Below, piece by piece: positions 38,130 to 48,693 of a stretch of DNA of 56,662 bases (the stretch's first letter is position 1; each line of letters starts with the position of its first letter). Source of the DNA: Candidatus Thorarchaeota archaeon SMTZ1-45 (GTDB lineage: Archaea > Asgardarchaeota > Thorarchaeia > Thorarchaeales > Thorarchaeaceae). The translations under genes and the position numbers were made by a program. The notes beneath the pieces were generated by a model. That model saw only the letters and a program-made list of their open reading frames with translations. It did not search any database and had not been told where the DNA came from. The stretch is from positions 1-56,662 of the forward strand of contig LRSL01000044.1 in NCBI GenBank assembly GCA_001563335.1. Reading direction: 5' to 3'.

Positions 38130-38182
38130 AAAAACGAGAAAAGAAAAAGAAAAGAGAAAGAAGAGAGACATGCTCTCTTCTT
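38130..38182 (-). terminator. Hairpin plus long pyrimidine tract after the substrate-binding protein gene
   Basis: AAGAAGAGAG-(5 nt)-CTCTCTTCTT (38158-38182) followed on the minus strand by about 28 nt of almost only T/C. Confidence 0.7.
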
Positions 38183-38196
38183 CCAATCCACTTGAA

Positions 38197-40071
38197 CTAC
38201 TCACTCTTGTACATGTGGAAGAAGTAGTATCCGTTCATTGGGTGACAATTATATTGAGCGTTGAATACACTCGCTCCAGTCACAGTGAGTGTCGCATATT
38301 GGTAACACCAGATGAATGCCGCGTGGTCGATGATGAGATCCTGAATCTCTCCATAAATTTCGATTCTTTCTGCCTCATCTGTGCTTCGTGCCGCATCCAC
38401 GATTAACCCATCAACATATTCCTCATCCCAATCCGCTGATTCACCTATCCTTGCCCACCAGCCATAGGCACCAGTGCTCTTGACATAGACCATGTAGTTG
38501 TCAGGGTCTGCATAGTCTGGAATCCAACCGATCATCCAGCAGCCCATCTCCTGACGACGTGCATGGCCAAGATAGGTAGACCACTCAAAGCCTTGGACAT
38601 CGATAGTAAGACCACCAGTTGGTTGTGTCGTACCAGGCAGAGCAAGCATAGCTGTAAGACCATCTTTGAGGAGCAGCTGTGTCTTTCGACGAACCTCATT
38701 TCCAGTGTTGTAGTAGAAGATCAACCTGTTTGTGTTGTTCGTCAAGATATCATCGAGTCCATCGGTAGCCATTGCTGCTTCCCAATAGGTCTTTGCCATC
38801 TCAAGGTCATATTCATATTGATATGCAGTTTCGTTGTACCCAAACATACCACTCGGTATTGGTCCTTTATTTCGAACACCAATATTATTGTTAATATCCT
38901 CGATTACAGTATCGTAGTCCAACAAGTAGCTGAGGCATTTCCTGAAGTTCTTCAGTGCGTATGGATTCTCAACTACATCTCCAATTGTCGTTTCATTCAA
39001 CGTGGGAGTCATAGTGAAGTGAATCGACGCAATGGTGAATAGCGGATACTGGGCCCAGACCTTGTAGGTTGTAGGATCAAGGCTCTGTGTCGTTCCATCG
39101 TTCAGAGCAAATGCAGGTGGGGATGCATTATTGTAGACCAATGGTGCTGCTGTTGGATTGACAGTGACTATGTCTGCTGTTCCCGCCTTTAGGTTGAGGA
39201 TTCTGCTATTCTCATCTTCATTGATCTTGATGATCACTTCCTCAACTGCACCAGAATATGGGAATAGAGCCTTGGAAGCAGAAGTTCTCCAATAGTTGGG
39301 ATTTAGTGTTAGGACAACTCGCTCATCTAAGGTCCATTCATCGAGCATGTACGGTCCAGTACCACAGGTTTCCTCGTCGAGGATCGGGTTATGGGATCCG
39401 ACCGTTATGCCACCGTTAGCCTCAACAAATGTTGGGCTTATCATGGCACCAACCTGGTATGTTATTGCTTGTAAGAATGGTGCAAATACGTATGCTAATT
39501 TGATCGCTACTGTGTAGTCATCTACAACAGTGACTGCACCGGTACCAGCGTCATTGGCAGCACACCACGCGTCCCAGAGTTCCTCGTGAAATGTTTGATT
39601 GTATTCGTCAGCGAAGACAGCATCCTCTATAGCTTGGCCGCCAAGAATGGGTTCTGCTACCATCCAAACGGGACCACTGGGGTCAAAGGTACCAAGCATT
39701 CGCTCAAAGTTGTATTGGACACATGATGCATTGAACGGTGTACCATCATGGAATGTGACTCCCTGTCGTAATGTAAAGGTGTAAGTCAGCCCATTACTGG
39801 ATATTGTCAATCCAGTCGCCAGAAGAGGTGTGTTCACATCAGTTTCTATTTTTCCCCATTCGAACGCATACAATGTTTCGTATATATTAAAGTGTACCAT
39901 GGACCCAAACGACTCATAGTTGTTATGAGGGTCCATATAATCGGGGTTACCATAAGTTTCATAGACAAGTGTTTGCCCTGTTGGAGGTGGTGGAGGCATT
40001 AATAAGAATACTCCTGCACCAGCAACAATAATGATGATAACCACGATCGCGATAGTTTGATTTCTATTCAT
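38197..40071 (-). CDS. oppA: Oligopeptide/dipeptide ABC transporter substrate-binding protein (family 5)
   Basis: N-terminal TM anchor; NIYETL, YTFTLRQGVTFHDGTPFNA, GTGPY, GWIPDYADPDNY. Confidence 0.9.
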   Translation of the reverse strand: MNRNQTIAIVVIIIIVAGAGVFLLMPPPPPTGQTLVYETYGNPDYMDPHNNYESFGSMVHFNIYETLYAFEWGKIETDVNTPLLATGLTISSNGLTYTFTLRQGVTFHDGTPFNASCVQYNFERMLGTFDPSGPVWMVAEPILGGQAIEDAVFADEYNQTFHEELWDAWCAANDAGTGAVTVVDDYTVAIKLAYVFAPFLQAITYQVGAMISPTFVEANGGITVGSHNPILDEETCGTGPYMLDEWTLDERVVLTLNPNYWRTSASKALFPYSGAVEEVIIKINEDENSRILNLKAGTADIVTVNPTAAPLVYNNASPPAFALNDGTTQSLDPTTYKVWAQYPLFTIASIHFTMTPTLNETTIGDVVENPYALKNFRKCLSYLLDYDTVIEDINNNIGVRNKGPIPSGMFGYNETAYQYEYDLEMAKTYWEAAMATDGLDDILTNNTNRLIFYYNTGNEVRRKTQLLLKDGLTAMLALPGTTQPTGGLTIDVQGFEWSTYLGHARRQEMGCWMIGWIPDYADPDNYMVYVKSTGAYGWWARIGESADWDEEYVDGLIVDAARSTDEAERIEIYGEIQDLIIDHAAFIWCYQYATLTVTGASVFNAQYNCHPMNGYYFFHMYKSE

Positions 40072-40270
40072 TGCTTTCGCCTTCTCGTATTCATCGCGCT
40101 ATGGAATTAGTTTTATTCGCGGTCCGCGAACTGCGAATAGTCACCATAAAAAACGGGAGTCTAATATAGCTTGCGGAAGATGGAACGAGAGGTTAAAACC
40201 AAAGCCTTAAGTAGACAATTAAAACAACAGGCCTTCGATTTCATTATCCTGAAAACACAGAGGCTTTCAA

Positions 40271-41314
40271 ATGAAGCTACGGGATTTCATATTAAGAAGA
40301 ATATTACTTGCCATTCCAGTTATATTTGGAGTTTTAACAATTACTTGGTTTCTTGCATATGTAATTGGAGATCCTGTATCCATATACATCAATGAAAATA
40401 CTCCTGTAGGTGCAATCCCTGCTATTAGGGCTGCACATGGATTTGATGAACCTTTACATATTCAGTATTTTCTATACATCTCAAGCTTATTGCAGGGCGA
40501 CTGGGGAATCAGCCCTTCAAGCAGCTTCCGACCTGTTCTTGAAGTACTTTCAGTCAAGTTCCCTGCTACGATTGAGCTGTCAATCGTCGCTATGATTATT
40601 GCCATTATACTTGGCATACCATTGGGTATTATTTCTGCTACTAGGAAAGATCAAAAGATTGACCACTTCACACGAGTATTCTCGTTAGCTGGGGTTTCTA
40701 TGCCTATTTTTTGGTTTGCTCTTATGTTAAAATATGTATTCTTCTATCAATTCACAATTGCGGGACCTCCCTTATCCCTTATTGCTCTACCTGGTGGCGA
40801 ACGATATAATTTTACTACATTTGGAAGCTTTGATTACATTACAGGCTTTTTATTAATTGATTCTCTTCTTGTTGGAAACATCAGACTCTTTGTAGATGCT
40901 GTTCTTCATCTAGTGATGCCAGGCTTTTGCCTTGGCTATCTAACTCTTGCTATAATAACAAGAATGATGAGATCCAGCATGTTGGAAGTCTTGAAGGAGG
41001 ACTATATCACCCTAGCGAGATCCAAGGGATTGACGGAACGTATTGTGATCTACCGACATGCCCTGAGGAATGCACTTATACCCACTGTGACGGTCATCGG
41101 TCTAGCTTTTGGAAGTCTAATAACAGGAGCAGTACTAACAGAAACCATATTCAATTGGCCTGGACTCGGAAGATGGGCTGTAAGAGCAATCTTTTGGTCA
41201 GACATCGCAGCAATTACGGGCTTCACATTACTTGTAGCACTAGTCTTTGTGTCAGCAAATCTTATTGTAGATTTAATATATGGGGTGTTAGATCCTCGGA
41301 TACGATTTGGGTAG
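40271..41314 (+). CDS. oppB: Peptide ABC transporter permease (OppB/DppB)
   Basis: FPATIELS, SMPIFW, RSSMLEVLKEDYITLARSKGL, HALRNA, ETIFNWPGLG, LDPRIR. Confidence 0.92.
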   Translation: MKLRDFILRRILLAIPVIFGVLTITWFLAYVIGDPVSIYINENTPVGAIPAIRAAHGFDEPLHIQYFLYISSLLQGDWGISPSSSFRPVLEVLSVKFPATIELSIVAMIIAIILGIPLGIISATRKDQKIDHFTRVFSLAGVSMPIFWFALMLKYVFFYQFTIAGPPLSLIALPGGERYNFTTFGSFDYITGFLLIDSLLVGNIRLFVDAVLHLVMPGFCLGYLTLAIITRMMRSSMLEVLKEDYITLARSKGLTERIVIYRHALRNALIPTVTVIGLAFGSLITGAVLTETIFNWPGLGRWAVRAIFWSDIAAITGFTLLVALVFVSANLIVDLIYGVLDPRIRFG

Positions 41315-41326
41315 GAGACGAGTGAT

Positions 41327-42712
41327 ATGCAAGAAGTAATAACCTATGATAATGGTGAAGTAATCACAAGCAAAACAAGGTTTAATGTAGTCGCTTACCT
41401 TCAAATCATTGTTTCTTTGTTCGCAATCGCCAGTGGAGTATATATTACTCTTGGCAATGTGTTACTTTGGATTCAATCGATCTTTGATGTAACATGGATA
41501 GTTCTACCTGCAGGAATTGCATTTTATTTTATTCAAGGACTCGCCTCATTGGTGATAGGCTATTTGGCATTTCGCATTGGAATCGCAGTACGCAATTTGG
41601 AGATGTGGGCTTTTTCAGCACTTCTATATAGCAACATCCTACTAGAGGTTTTACTACTCACTTCAACATTAGGTATGGCAACCAGTTTCCTTGTACTTGA
41701 AGGAATTCGTTGGTCCAATATTCTTCTAATCGCATTTTCCCCATGCTTGATTCTTATACCACTTCTTCCGATTTTTACTCTTTTTCAACCTGATGTTGAA
41801 TTGTACTGGTACCCCAACTTCAGAGAAGACATGACACCACGAATGAAGGAATTGAGATTTAGCTTAACTCTTATACGAAAGAGTCCTCTGGTTGTGGTTG
41901 GTATTGTTATCATTGTTACCTTTGTGGCACTCGCGCTTCTTGCTCCATTCATCACAACCTATGGACCTGAGCAGAGAATCTGGGCGGATTCAAATCTTCC
42001 TCCTGGTTCTCCAAGCAACCAAGCAGGAATGCCTGATCATTTATGGGGCACAGATGACTCAGGGGGAGACATATACAGCAGAATATTGTGGTCCGCACAG
42101 GTTGATTTGAGAATTTCAATAACCATCGTACTGGTTGCATTGGTATTTGGTACTATAATTGGTGCAGTTGCAGGCTACTATGGTGGCAAGATCGATGAAT
42201 TAGTCATGCGCGTGACTGATGTGTTCTTCGCTTTTCCAGGTCTTATCTTAGCAATGGCTATTGTAATGGCTTTGGGTGAGAGAAGTATGGATAACATCTC
42301 AATCGCATTAATGGTGACTTGGTGGCCGCAGTACGCACGTCTTGTACGCGGTCAAGTCCTTACAGAGCGAGAGAAGTTGTATGTTGAGGCTGCGAGGTCT
42401 TTGGGGGCAAGTGACATCCGTATTCTCACAGTTCACATCATTCCAAACACTATTCAACCCCTTATCGTGCAAGCTACCATGGATACTGGGTCTGTTCTAC
42501 TTGTTGCTGCAGGTCTTGCATTCATCGGTTTTGGACCCCCAGCCGGCGTTGCAGAATGGGGACTAATGATTGCAATAGGTCAGATTTACTTCATGATAGC
42601 TCCATGGGCTGTGTTCTTCCCTGGATTTGCTATCCTATTCACGGCCCTCGCCTTTAATCTCGTGGGTGATGGAATCCGTGATATCATGGATCCGAAACTC
42701 AGGAGGAGATAA
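41327..42712 (+). CDS. oppC: Peptide ABC transporter permease (OppC/DppC) with extra N-terminal TM region
   Basis: HLWGTDDSGGDIYSR, YARLVRGQ, YVEAARSLGA, EWGLMI, GDGIRDIMDPK. Confidence 0.9.
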   Translation: MQEVITYDNGEVITSKTRFNVVAYLQIIVSLFAIASGVYITLGNVLLWIQSIFDVTWIVLPAGIAFYFIQGLASLVIGYLAFRIGIAVRNLEMWAFSALLYSNILLEVLLLTSTLGMATSFLVLEGIRWSNILLIAFSPCLILIPLLPIFTLFQPDVELYWYPNFREDMTPRMKELRFSLTLIRKSPLVVVGIVIIVTFVALALLAPFITTYGPEQRIWADSNLPPGSPSNQAGMPDHLWGTDDSGGDIYSRILWSAQVDLRISITIVLVALVFGTIIGAVAGYYGGKIDELVMRVTDVFFAFPGLILAMAIVMALGERSMDNISIALMVTWWPQYARLVRGQVLTEREKLYVEAARSLGASDIRILTVHIIPNTIQPLIVQATMDTGSVLLVAAGLAFIGFGPPAGVAEWGLMIAIGQIYFMIAPWAVFFPGFAILFTALAFNLVGDGIRDIMDPKLRRR

Positions 42713-42716
42713 TCCA

Positions 42717-43871
42717 GTGTCAGATACACAAGACATAGTTCTAGAAATACACGGATTAAAAACTAACTTCTATACCTACGAAGGTGTTGTAAAAGCTCTT
42801 GATGGAGTCGAACTATTCCTTCGCAGGGGTGATACAATGGGTCTAGTTGGTGAAACGGGTTGCGGGAAGTCAGTCACAGCTCGATCGATTTTGCGCCTTG
42901 TTGAGCCGCCTGGAAAGATTGACGAGGGTCAGATTCTATTTCATAAATTCAACCAAGAAACAAGGGAAATAGAAACAGTAGATATTCTGGAGATGAGTGA
43001 CCAGGAAGTCTTGGCAACACGTGGAGCAAGTATCGCTATCGTCTTCCAAGACCCAGCTACATATCCCAACCCTGTGTTTAGAGTTGGTGACCAGATAGCT
43101 GAAGTCATTATGCTTCATCAAGATCTCCGTACAGATGTGTTAGACCTAAAGATAGAGCTGTTGGAAGATTCACTAAAAGAGAATGTCGCCCCTGAGAAAC
43201 GCAGTGCGATTGAAGAGAAGATCTCTTACTACAAATCACTATACGATGATCCTCCGGAACCAGATGAGAAGGATGCAAAAGCTGCAGCTCTAAGACGAGC
43301 CATCAGTATGCTCTCCATGGTAAAGATGCCAGCTGCTGCTTCTGTTGCTAGTCAATATCCTCATGAACTTTCAGGAGGGATGCGGCAGAGAGCACTCATC
43401 GCCATGGCTCTAGCTTGCAATCCTGAGATACTGATTTGTGATGAAGCAACAACAGCTCTTGATGTCACTGTGCAAGCTCAGGTGTTGAATCTACTTAACC
43501 AGCTTAAGAAGAAAATTGGCACGTCCATCATGATAATCACTCATGATATGGGCGTTGTAGCAGAAACATGCAATTGGGTTAATGTTATGTATGCAGGTAC
43601 GACTGCTGAGTCTTGTGCAACTGCTGAGCTCTTTAAGAATCCACTTCACCCTTATACTGCAGGACTTTTGACAGCAGTACCTAAGCTTCATGAAAATAGG
43701 GATCGCTTGCCACAAATCAGGGGAAGTGTGCCTAATCTTATCTACCCTCCAACAGGGTGCAGATTCCATCCGAGATGTGATTACGCTACGGAAACTTGTA
43801 AACAAGAAAAACCATTGTTGGAGGAAAAGCAGCCTGGTCACTGGGTAGCTTGCCACAATCCTTTGGGATAG
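42717..43871 (+). CDS. oppD: Peptide ABC transporter ATP-binding protein (OppD/DppD)
   Basis: Start placed at GTG 42717 after GGAGG; [41 protein letters not shown]; ~50-aa helical insertion. Confidence 0.9.
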   Translation: MSDTQDIVLEIHGLKTNFYTYEGVVKALDGVELFLRRGDTMGLVGETGCGKSVTARSILRLVEPPGKIDEGQILFHKFNQETREIETVDILEMSDQEVLATRGASIAIVFQDPATYPNPVFRVGDQIAEVIMLHQDLRTDVLDLKIELLEDSLKENVAPEKRSAIEEKISYYKSLYDDPPEPDEKDAKAAALRRAISMLSMVKMPAAASVASQYPHELSGGMRQRALIAMALACNPEILICDEATTALDVTVQAQVLNLLNQLKKKIGTSIMIITHDMGVVAETCNWVNVMYAGTTAESCATAELFKNPLHPYTAGLLTAVPKLHENRDRLPQIRGSVPNLIYPPTGCRFHPRCDYATETCKQEKPLLEEKQPGHWVACHNPLG

Positions 43872-43881
43872 GTGATAACTA

Positions 43882-44907
43882 ATGTCTGAACGAATACTGG
43901 TCAAAGTACGGGGTCTCAAGAAGCATTTCCCTCTAACGGGAGGTGTCTTTAGGAAAGTCATTGGAAAAGTGCATGCTGTTGATGGCGTCGATCTAGACAT
44001 TCACCAAGGCGAAACTGTGGGTGTCGTGGGCGAAAGCGGCTGTGGCAAGACTACATTAGGACGCACTATTCTTCGATTACTTGAACCTACTGCAGGTACA
44101 ATAGAGTTTGATGGAGAGGACATCACAGAGATTAAAGGTGGAGATTTGCGTGATGTTCGTAGGCAGATGCAGATTGTCTTTCAAGATCCAATGGCATCGC
44201 TTAATCCCCGCATCACAATAAAGAATTCTGTGGGCGAGCCACTAGTTGTTAATGGTATTGCAAGAGGACCAAAGATGCGCAGTATGGTTCTTGAACTTCT
44301 ACAGAAGGTTGGCCTTTCTGAGGACCATCTCAATAGATTCCCCCACGAGTTTAGTGGTGGCCAACGACAAAGAATCTGCATTGCTCGAGCTCTTGCATTG
44401 AACCCAAAGTTCGTAGTCATGGATGAACCAACTTCCAGTACAGACGTATCTGTTCAGGCCCAAACACTAAATCTAATGAAGGACCTTCAGAAGGATTTGG
44501 ACCTTACCTATATGTTCATCTCCCATGACCTCAGCATTGTAAAGCATATGAGTGATCGAGTGGCTGTTATGTATCTCGGGCAAATTGTCGAGTTAACGCC
44601 ACGGGACATTTTCAGAGAAGCACTTCATCCGTATACATTTGCATTAGTTTCAGCAGTACCAATTCCAGACCCAAGATTTACAGGAAAGGCTCAAATTCTT
44701 GCCGGAGAAGTACCAAGTCCAATTAGCCCGCCCATTGGTTGCCGGTTCCACCCAAGATGCATCTTTGCTCAGGATATTTGCTCTCAAGAAATTCCTAAGC
44801 TCAGAGATACTGGTGATGGTCATCTGGTTGCCTGTCATTTTGCAGGAGAGCTTGACTTTGGAACTAGTTCGCAAAAGGATTATGCTGCAGCAGTTGGTGT
44901 CGATTGA
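43882..44907 (+). CDS. oppF: Peptide ABC transporter ATP-binding protein (OppF/DppF)
   Basis: [41 protein letters not shown]. Confidence 0.92.
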   Translation: MSERILVKVRGLKKHFPLTGGVFRKVIGKVHAVDGVDLDIHQGETVGVVGESGCGKTTLGRTILRLLEPTAGTIEFDGEDITEIKGGDLRDVRRQMQIVFQDPMASLNPRITIKNSVGEPLVVNGIARGPKMRSMVLELLQKVGLSEDHLNRFPHEFSGGQRQRICIARALALNPKFVVMDEPTSSTDVSVQAQTLNLMKDLQKDLDLTYMFISHDLSIVKHMSDRVAVMYLGQIVELTPRDIFREALHPYTFALVSAVPIPDPRFTGKAQILAGEVPSPISPPIGCRFHPRCIFAQDICSQEIPKLRDTGDGHLVACHFAGELDFGTSSQKDYAAAVGVD

Positions 44908-44953
44908 CCTTATCATACTAGTCTGATCCTGCAATTCAAAGGAGAAAAAAAGG

Positions 44954-45178
44954 ATGAGTGATTATTACGAAGAACCATCGCATGAAAATGAGGAAATGGA
45001 TGAACCTGAATGGGATGAATATCGAGCTTATGTGGACGTAACACAAGAGCAAGTCAAATTAGACCGAAAAGACTACGTGGCCCTATTCATAGCCTCGTTA
45101 CAAACAATCTTTCTTCCCTTCATAATTATGATGATAGTATTTTTTGCAATAGGAATAATTCTCTTTATAATCGCGTAG
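44954..45178 (+). CDS. Small membrane protein with acidic N-terminus
   Basis: GGAG upstream; D/E-rich N-terminus and hydrophobic C-terminus; follows oppF. Confidence 0.65.
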   Translation: MSDYYEEPSHENEEMDEPEWDEYRAYVDVTQEQVKLDRKDYVALFIASLQTIFLPFIIMMIVFFAIGIILFIIA

Positions 45179-45191
45179 GGGTGTTTGGAGT

Positions 45192-45530
45192 TTGCCAATA
45201 CATATCCGGAGTGTTCTGGAGCCTCTAAGTGTAGCGAGTATAATAGCAATCATTGATTTGTTCATTGCCATGTTACTCACAATAGTGGATCCCACAGTAT
45301 CTCTTTTTTTGACTGCATCTGCTTACCTCTTCCTCGAGTTTGGTGTAATGCTTATCCTTGGAGCCTGTTTCATGTCTCGGCAGCCTCTGGATGTGGATAA
45401 AAGATTTGACAAGGAAGGTTTACCAGTTCGTTCTTGGATTTGGGCTATACGTGGGAAGAAAGTCCTTGTTGCATCTGTCTTTGTCTTGATGTTTGCTTTT
45501 TTCATTAGCAGTCTTGGGATGTTATTCTAA
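45192..45530 (+). CDS. Small 3-TM hypothetical membrane protein
   Basis: TTG start; three hydrophobic segments. Confidence 0.62.
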   Translation: MPIHIRSVLEPLSVASIIAIIDLFIAMLLTIVDPTVSLFLTASAYLFLEFGVMLILGACFMSRQPLDVDKRFDKEGLPVRSWIWAIRGKKVLVASVFVLMFAFFISSLGMLF

Positions 45531-45540
45531 AGCCCAGGTA

Positions 45541-46317
45541 TTAGACTTGCAGAGTTGGTTCAACCATTTCTACATTGCTTTTTCGAACCTTTCGTATTCC
45601 AAAAATGAGTGCAAGTATTAATGCTGGCCACGCTGCTATCAAATAGAGAACTGCTATAGGTGCTGAAAATTCTGCTAAGAATATTGTAGGATACCATATC
45701 ATGTATACAGTGATTATTGATACAATCCACCCTACAACAGTAGGTGCAAGTTCTCCCCACGGAGAGAATACAACCATACTACTCCCGACTATAATTGAAA
45801 TAGAAATCCATTTCTTAATTGAACCCAGTGCAATTGATGCATAGGTATAGTCCTGCGTAGATAAATCCTCAATTTTGTGACAATAAAGCGTTGAAAGGAG
45901 ATCTTCAGAAATCTTGACTTCTCCGGATCCAAGAGAAGCGAATGCTCCAATAATGAATATGACCAGAAGAATACCTGCAATCTGTATCGAATAGACAACC
46001 ACAGCTCCAAAGATTAGAACGCCAATGCCCAAGATTAGGCTGAACCAGATAGTAGTGATGAATGTATCATGGAACATAAGATCCTGAAATCGGTTTCCTA
46101 ACCTGCTGTGTTTCTTTCTGATGATATTATTCAATGTCCATGTATGGGAAATGCAATCTGTGTATAAGGTATTCCCAGAAAGATCAATATCATTACATTG
46201 ATATGTATCACAGAGATTGCTTACAAAATTGGAGTATATTCGAAATCTGTAGATTCTCCAAATGGTGAAGGCTAACACAGCTATGCCCGTTACGAAGAAG
46301 GCAATTGAAAGTTCCAT
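45541..46317 (-). CDS. Hypothetical multi-pass membrane protein
   Basis: 258 aa, GAGG upstream, about six TM segments. Confidence 0.7.
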   Translation of the reverse strand: MELSIAFFVTGIAVLAFTIWRIYRFRIYSNFVSNLCDTYQCNDIDLSGNTLYTDCISHTWTLNNIIRKKHSRLGNRFQDLMFHDTFITTIWFSLILGIGVLIFGAVVVYSIQIAGILLVIFIIGAFASLGSGEVKISEDLLSTLYCHKIEDLSTQDYTYASIALGSIKKWISISIIVGSSMVVFSPWGELAPTVVGWIVSIITVYMIWYPTIFLAEFSAPIAVLYLIAAWPALILALIFGIRKVRKSNVEMVEPTLQV

Positions 46318-46413
46318 GACTTTTTTCCTCTAAACTAAAGACTGATTCATAGTGTACATCAATTCCCAAAAAGAGCTTTGTATTGACCAGATTTTCATGC
46401 AGATTCATGTATC

Positions 46414-47268
46414 TTATTTGAGTAAATTCGAAAGGGCATTCAACCAAACATGATAGAATAATATCTCGTGCCTTGGAGTATCTGAGTCCCAGCGTTTTCC
46501 AAGCAGTAAAAGTACATCGCCATGCAGAGGATGTGCTTTCTTGTTTCCCACTCCGAGCTGGACTTGTAGTCCATCAGATGAAACCGAGAGTCCATGTTCA
46601 TAGAACACCCTCGGATGCTCAGAGAAGGTGTAATCGATTGACTTCAATGGGCTCGGGTATAGATGCGGTCTTAAATTACCAAATTCCATTCTAACCTCTA
46701 TATTTTGAACATCATATTTTGGAACCATTTTCTTTGACCCTGGGAAAGTTGGTGTAATGATGGGTCTAGGTCCAGATTCTTGGTCTACAACCCGTCCTTC
46801 GAGGATACCGCCAAATTCTCCTCCTACTCCCTTTAGTGCAAAATATTTGTGAAGTTCTAATTCTAGATTCAGATTACTATCATGGTCTCTTTTTACACCA
46901 TGAGGATTCTTTGGATTAATAGCAGACTCTTTCCAATAGAATCGAGGAATAGTGACAATTGGAAGCATTGTATTAATTGATTCTGGCTTCTTTTCCATCA
47001 ATTTCCAGAGTGAATCATTAAAGACAAATAGAGACATGGAAAGTGGTTGGAACTGACTGGTGAGATTAGTTACATAATCAGAAATTGGTTCATTTCCTGA
47101 TAGATTTTCAATCATATGAAGCAATTGTTGTTTTGTAAGAGCAATTGCAGTGTTATCTCCCAACATTTCATGTTGTTCTTTTGAAAGGTCAAAAATCTGA
47201 CGATGGATCTGTTCAAATTGCTCTAGATCCTCTTTATAGAATAGATATCTGGTTGACACAACTTCCAT
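46414..47268 (-). CDS. Hypothetical soluble protein
   Basis: 284-aa ORF with ATG start; no family recognised. Confidence 0.7.
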   Translation of the reverse strand: MEVVSTRYLFYKEDLEQFEQIHRQIFDLSKEQHEMLGDNTAIALTKQQLLHMIENLSGNEPISDYVTNLTSQFQPLSMSLFVFNDSLWKLMEKKPESINTMLPIVTIPRFYWKESAINPKNPHGVKRDHDSNLNLELELHKYFALKGVGGEFGGILEGRVVDQESGPRPIITPTFPGSKKMVPKYDVQNIEVRMEFGNLRPHLYPSPLKSIDYTFSEHPRVFYEHGLSVSSDGLQVQLGVGNKKAHPLHGDVLLLLGKRWDSDTPRHEILFYHVWLNALSNLLK

Positions 47269-47488
47269 CTTATCCCCCTTCTTGTTAATGGTTTTGTTAT
47301 GGTATCAATTATTTTCACATATCAATATAATAATCTAAAAGCAGATGATTTCTATACTGGCCCCTTTTCGATTCGGATAACGAATTCATCGAACTAACTG
47401 ATACAAAACCCGGATGAGGGAATATGATTGTTAAATGCTTAACTGTTATTTAGTGGATTGTCATGCAGGAATTAAGGATTGATGAATA

Positions 47489-48682
47489 TTGACTTCAAAA
47501 GTGTATTTCACAGACAGACAGACTCGAACCGATTATAATATGCTAGATAAATTGGAACACATTTTCAAAGAACTTGGTCTAGACAAAGAAATCAAGCCTG
47601 GGGAGAAGGTCATGGTAAAGACCCACTTTGGTCAATGGGGTAACACTAACTATTTACGTCCTGCATACGCTAGAAAAATTGTTGATCTAATTCGTGCTGC
47701 TGGTGGTGACCCTTTTGTTTCTGAAACAACCGGTTTAGGATATGGAGTTGGAGGTGCATATTCAGGTAGATCCACAATGACTGAGTACTTGGCGATGGCT
47801 ACGCTCCATGGTTATACTGAGGCTTCTATAGGGGCTCCGTTGATAATAGCAGATGGATACTGGGGAACGGATGTCATTGATATTACGGTCGATGGTGAAT
47901 TCATTGATAGTGCAGATGTAGCCACAGGACTGTTCGATTGTGACAAGGTTATTGTCCTGACTCATGCAAAAGGACATGGTCTTGGTGGTATTGGAGGTAC
48001 AATCAAGAATCTAGGAATTGGATTAGTGGGCAAGAAGGGGAAAGCGGCAATGCACTTTATGGGTGACATAAAGATAAATCCTGAGAAGTGTTTAGGCTTG
48101 GAATGTTCGAAGTGTCTTAAGGTCTGTCCTACGAGATGTATCAAAATGGAGGAAAAGGCTGTTGTTGACCTATCGAATTGCATAGCATGTCACCACTGCG
48201 TTGATGTCTGTTCCCGAGTAGGCGCGAAAGCAGCAAAACAGACTTGGCGACCCAATCATACGCAAGGGCCAATCTTTGTAGAAAATGCAGTAGGGGTTGT
48301 CAATTCAATTGGAGCAGACAAATTCTACTACATCAATTTAGCAATTGATATCTCTGACAAATGTGATTGTTGGAATCTAGGAGCTCCTCTTCTGGTTCAT
48401 GATATTGGAATATTTGGCTCAAGAGACCCTCTTGCAATTGATCAAGCAACACTTCAGGCAATCAAAGATGCACCACCAAATCCTGATTCTCCTGTCAGAG
48501 GTATCGAGTGTGGTGCATGCAAGTTTGCAATGGCACATGCTTGCAAGGACCCTGAAAGCGGACATATTCTTGATCTTGCTGAAATCCAATTATCCCATGC
48601 TGAGAAGATGGGTTTGGGAGCTAGAAACTATGAACTAGTAATATTGACAAAAGAACCTCCAAAGAAACTGGATACAAACTAG
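47489..48682 (+). CDS. DUF362-family Fe-S protein with inserted ferredoxin domain
   Basis: SKVYF, VKTHFG, THAKGH..GIGGTIKNLGIG, CSKCLKVCP, CIACHHCVDVC, CDC, DIGIFGSRDPLAIDQA. Confidence 0.85.
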   Translation: MTSKVYFTDRQTRTDYNMLDKLEHIFKELGLDKEIKPGEKVMVKTHFGQWGNTNYLRPAYARKIVDLIRAAGGDPFVSETTGLGYGVGGAYSGRSTMTEYLAMATLHGYTEASIGAPLIIADGYWGTDVIDITVDGEFIDSADVATGLFDCDKVIVLTHAKGHGLGGIGGTIKNLGIGLVGKKGKAAMHFMGDIKINPEKCLGLECSKCLKVCPTRCIKMEEKAVVDLSNCIACHHCVDVCSRVGAKAAKQTWRPNHTQGPIFVENAVGVVNSIGADKFYYINLAIDISDKCDCWNLGAPLLVHDIGIFGSRDPLAIDQATLQAIKDAPPNPDSPVRGIECGACKFAMAHACKDPESGHILDLAEIQLSHAEKMGLGARNYELVILTKEPPKKLDTN

Positions 48683-48693
48683 GAGCGATTTAA

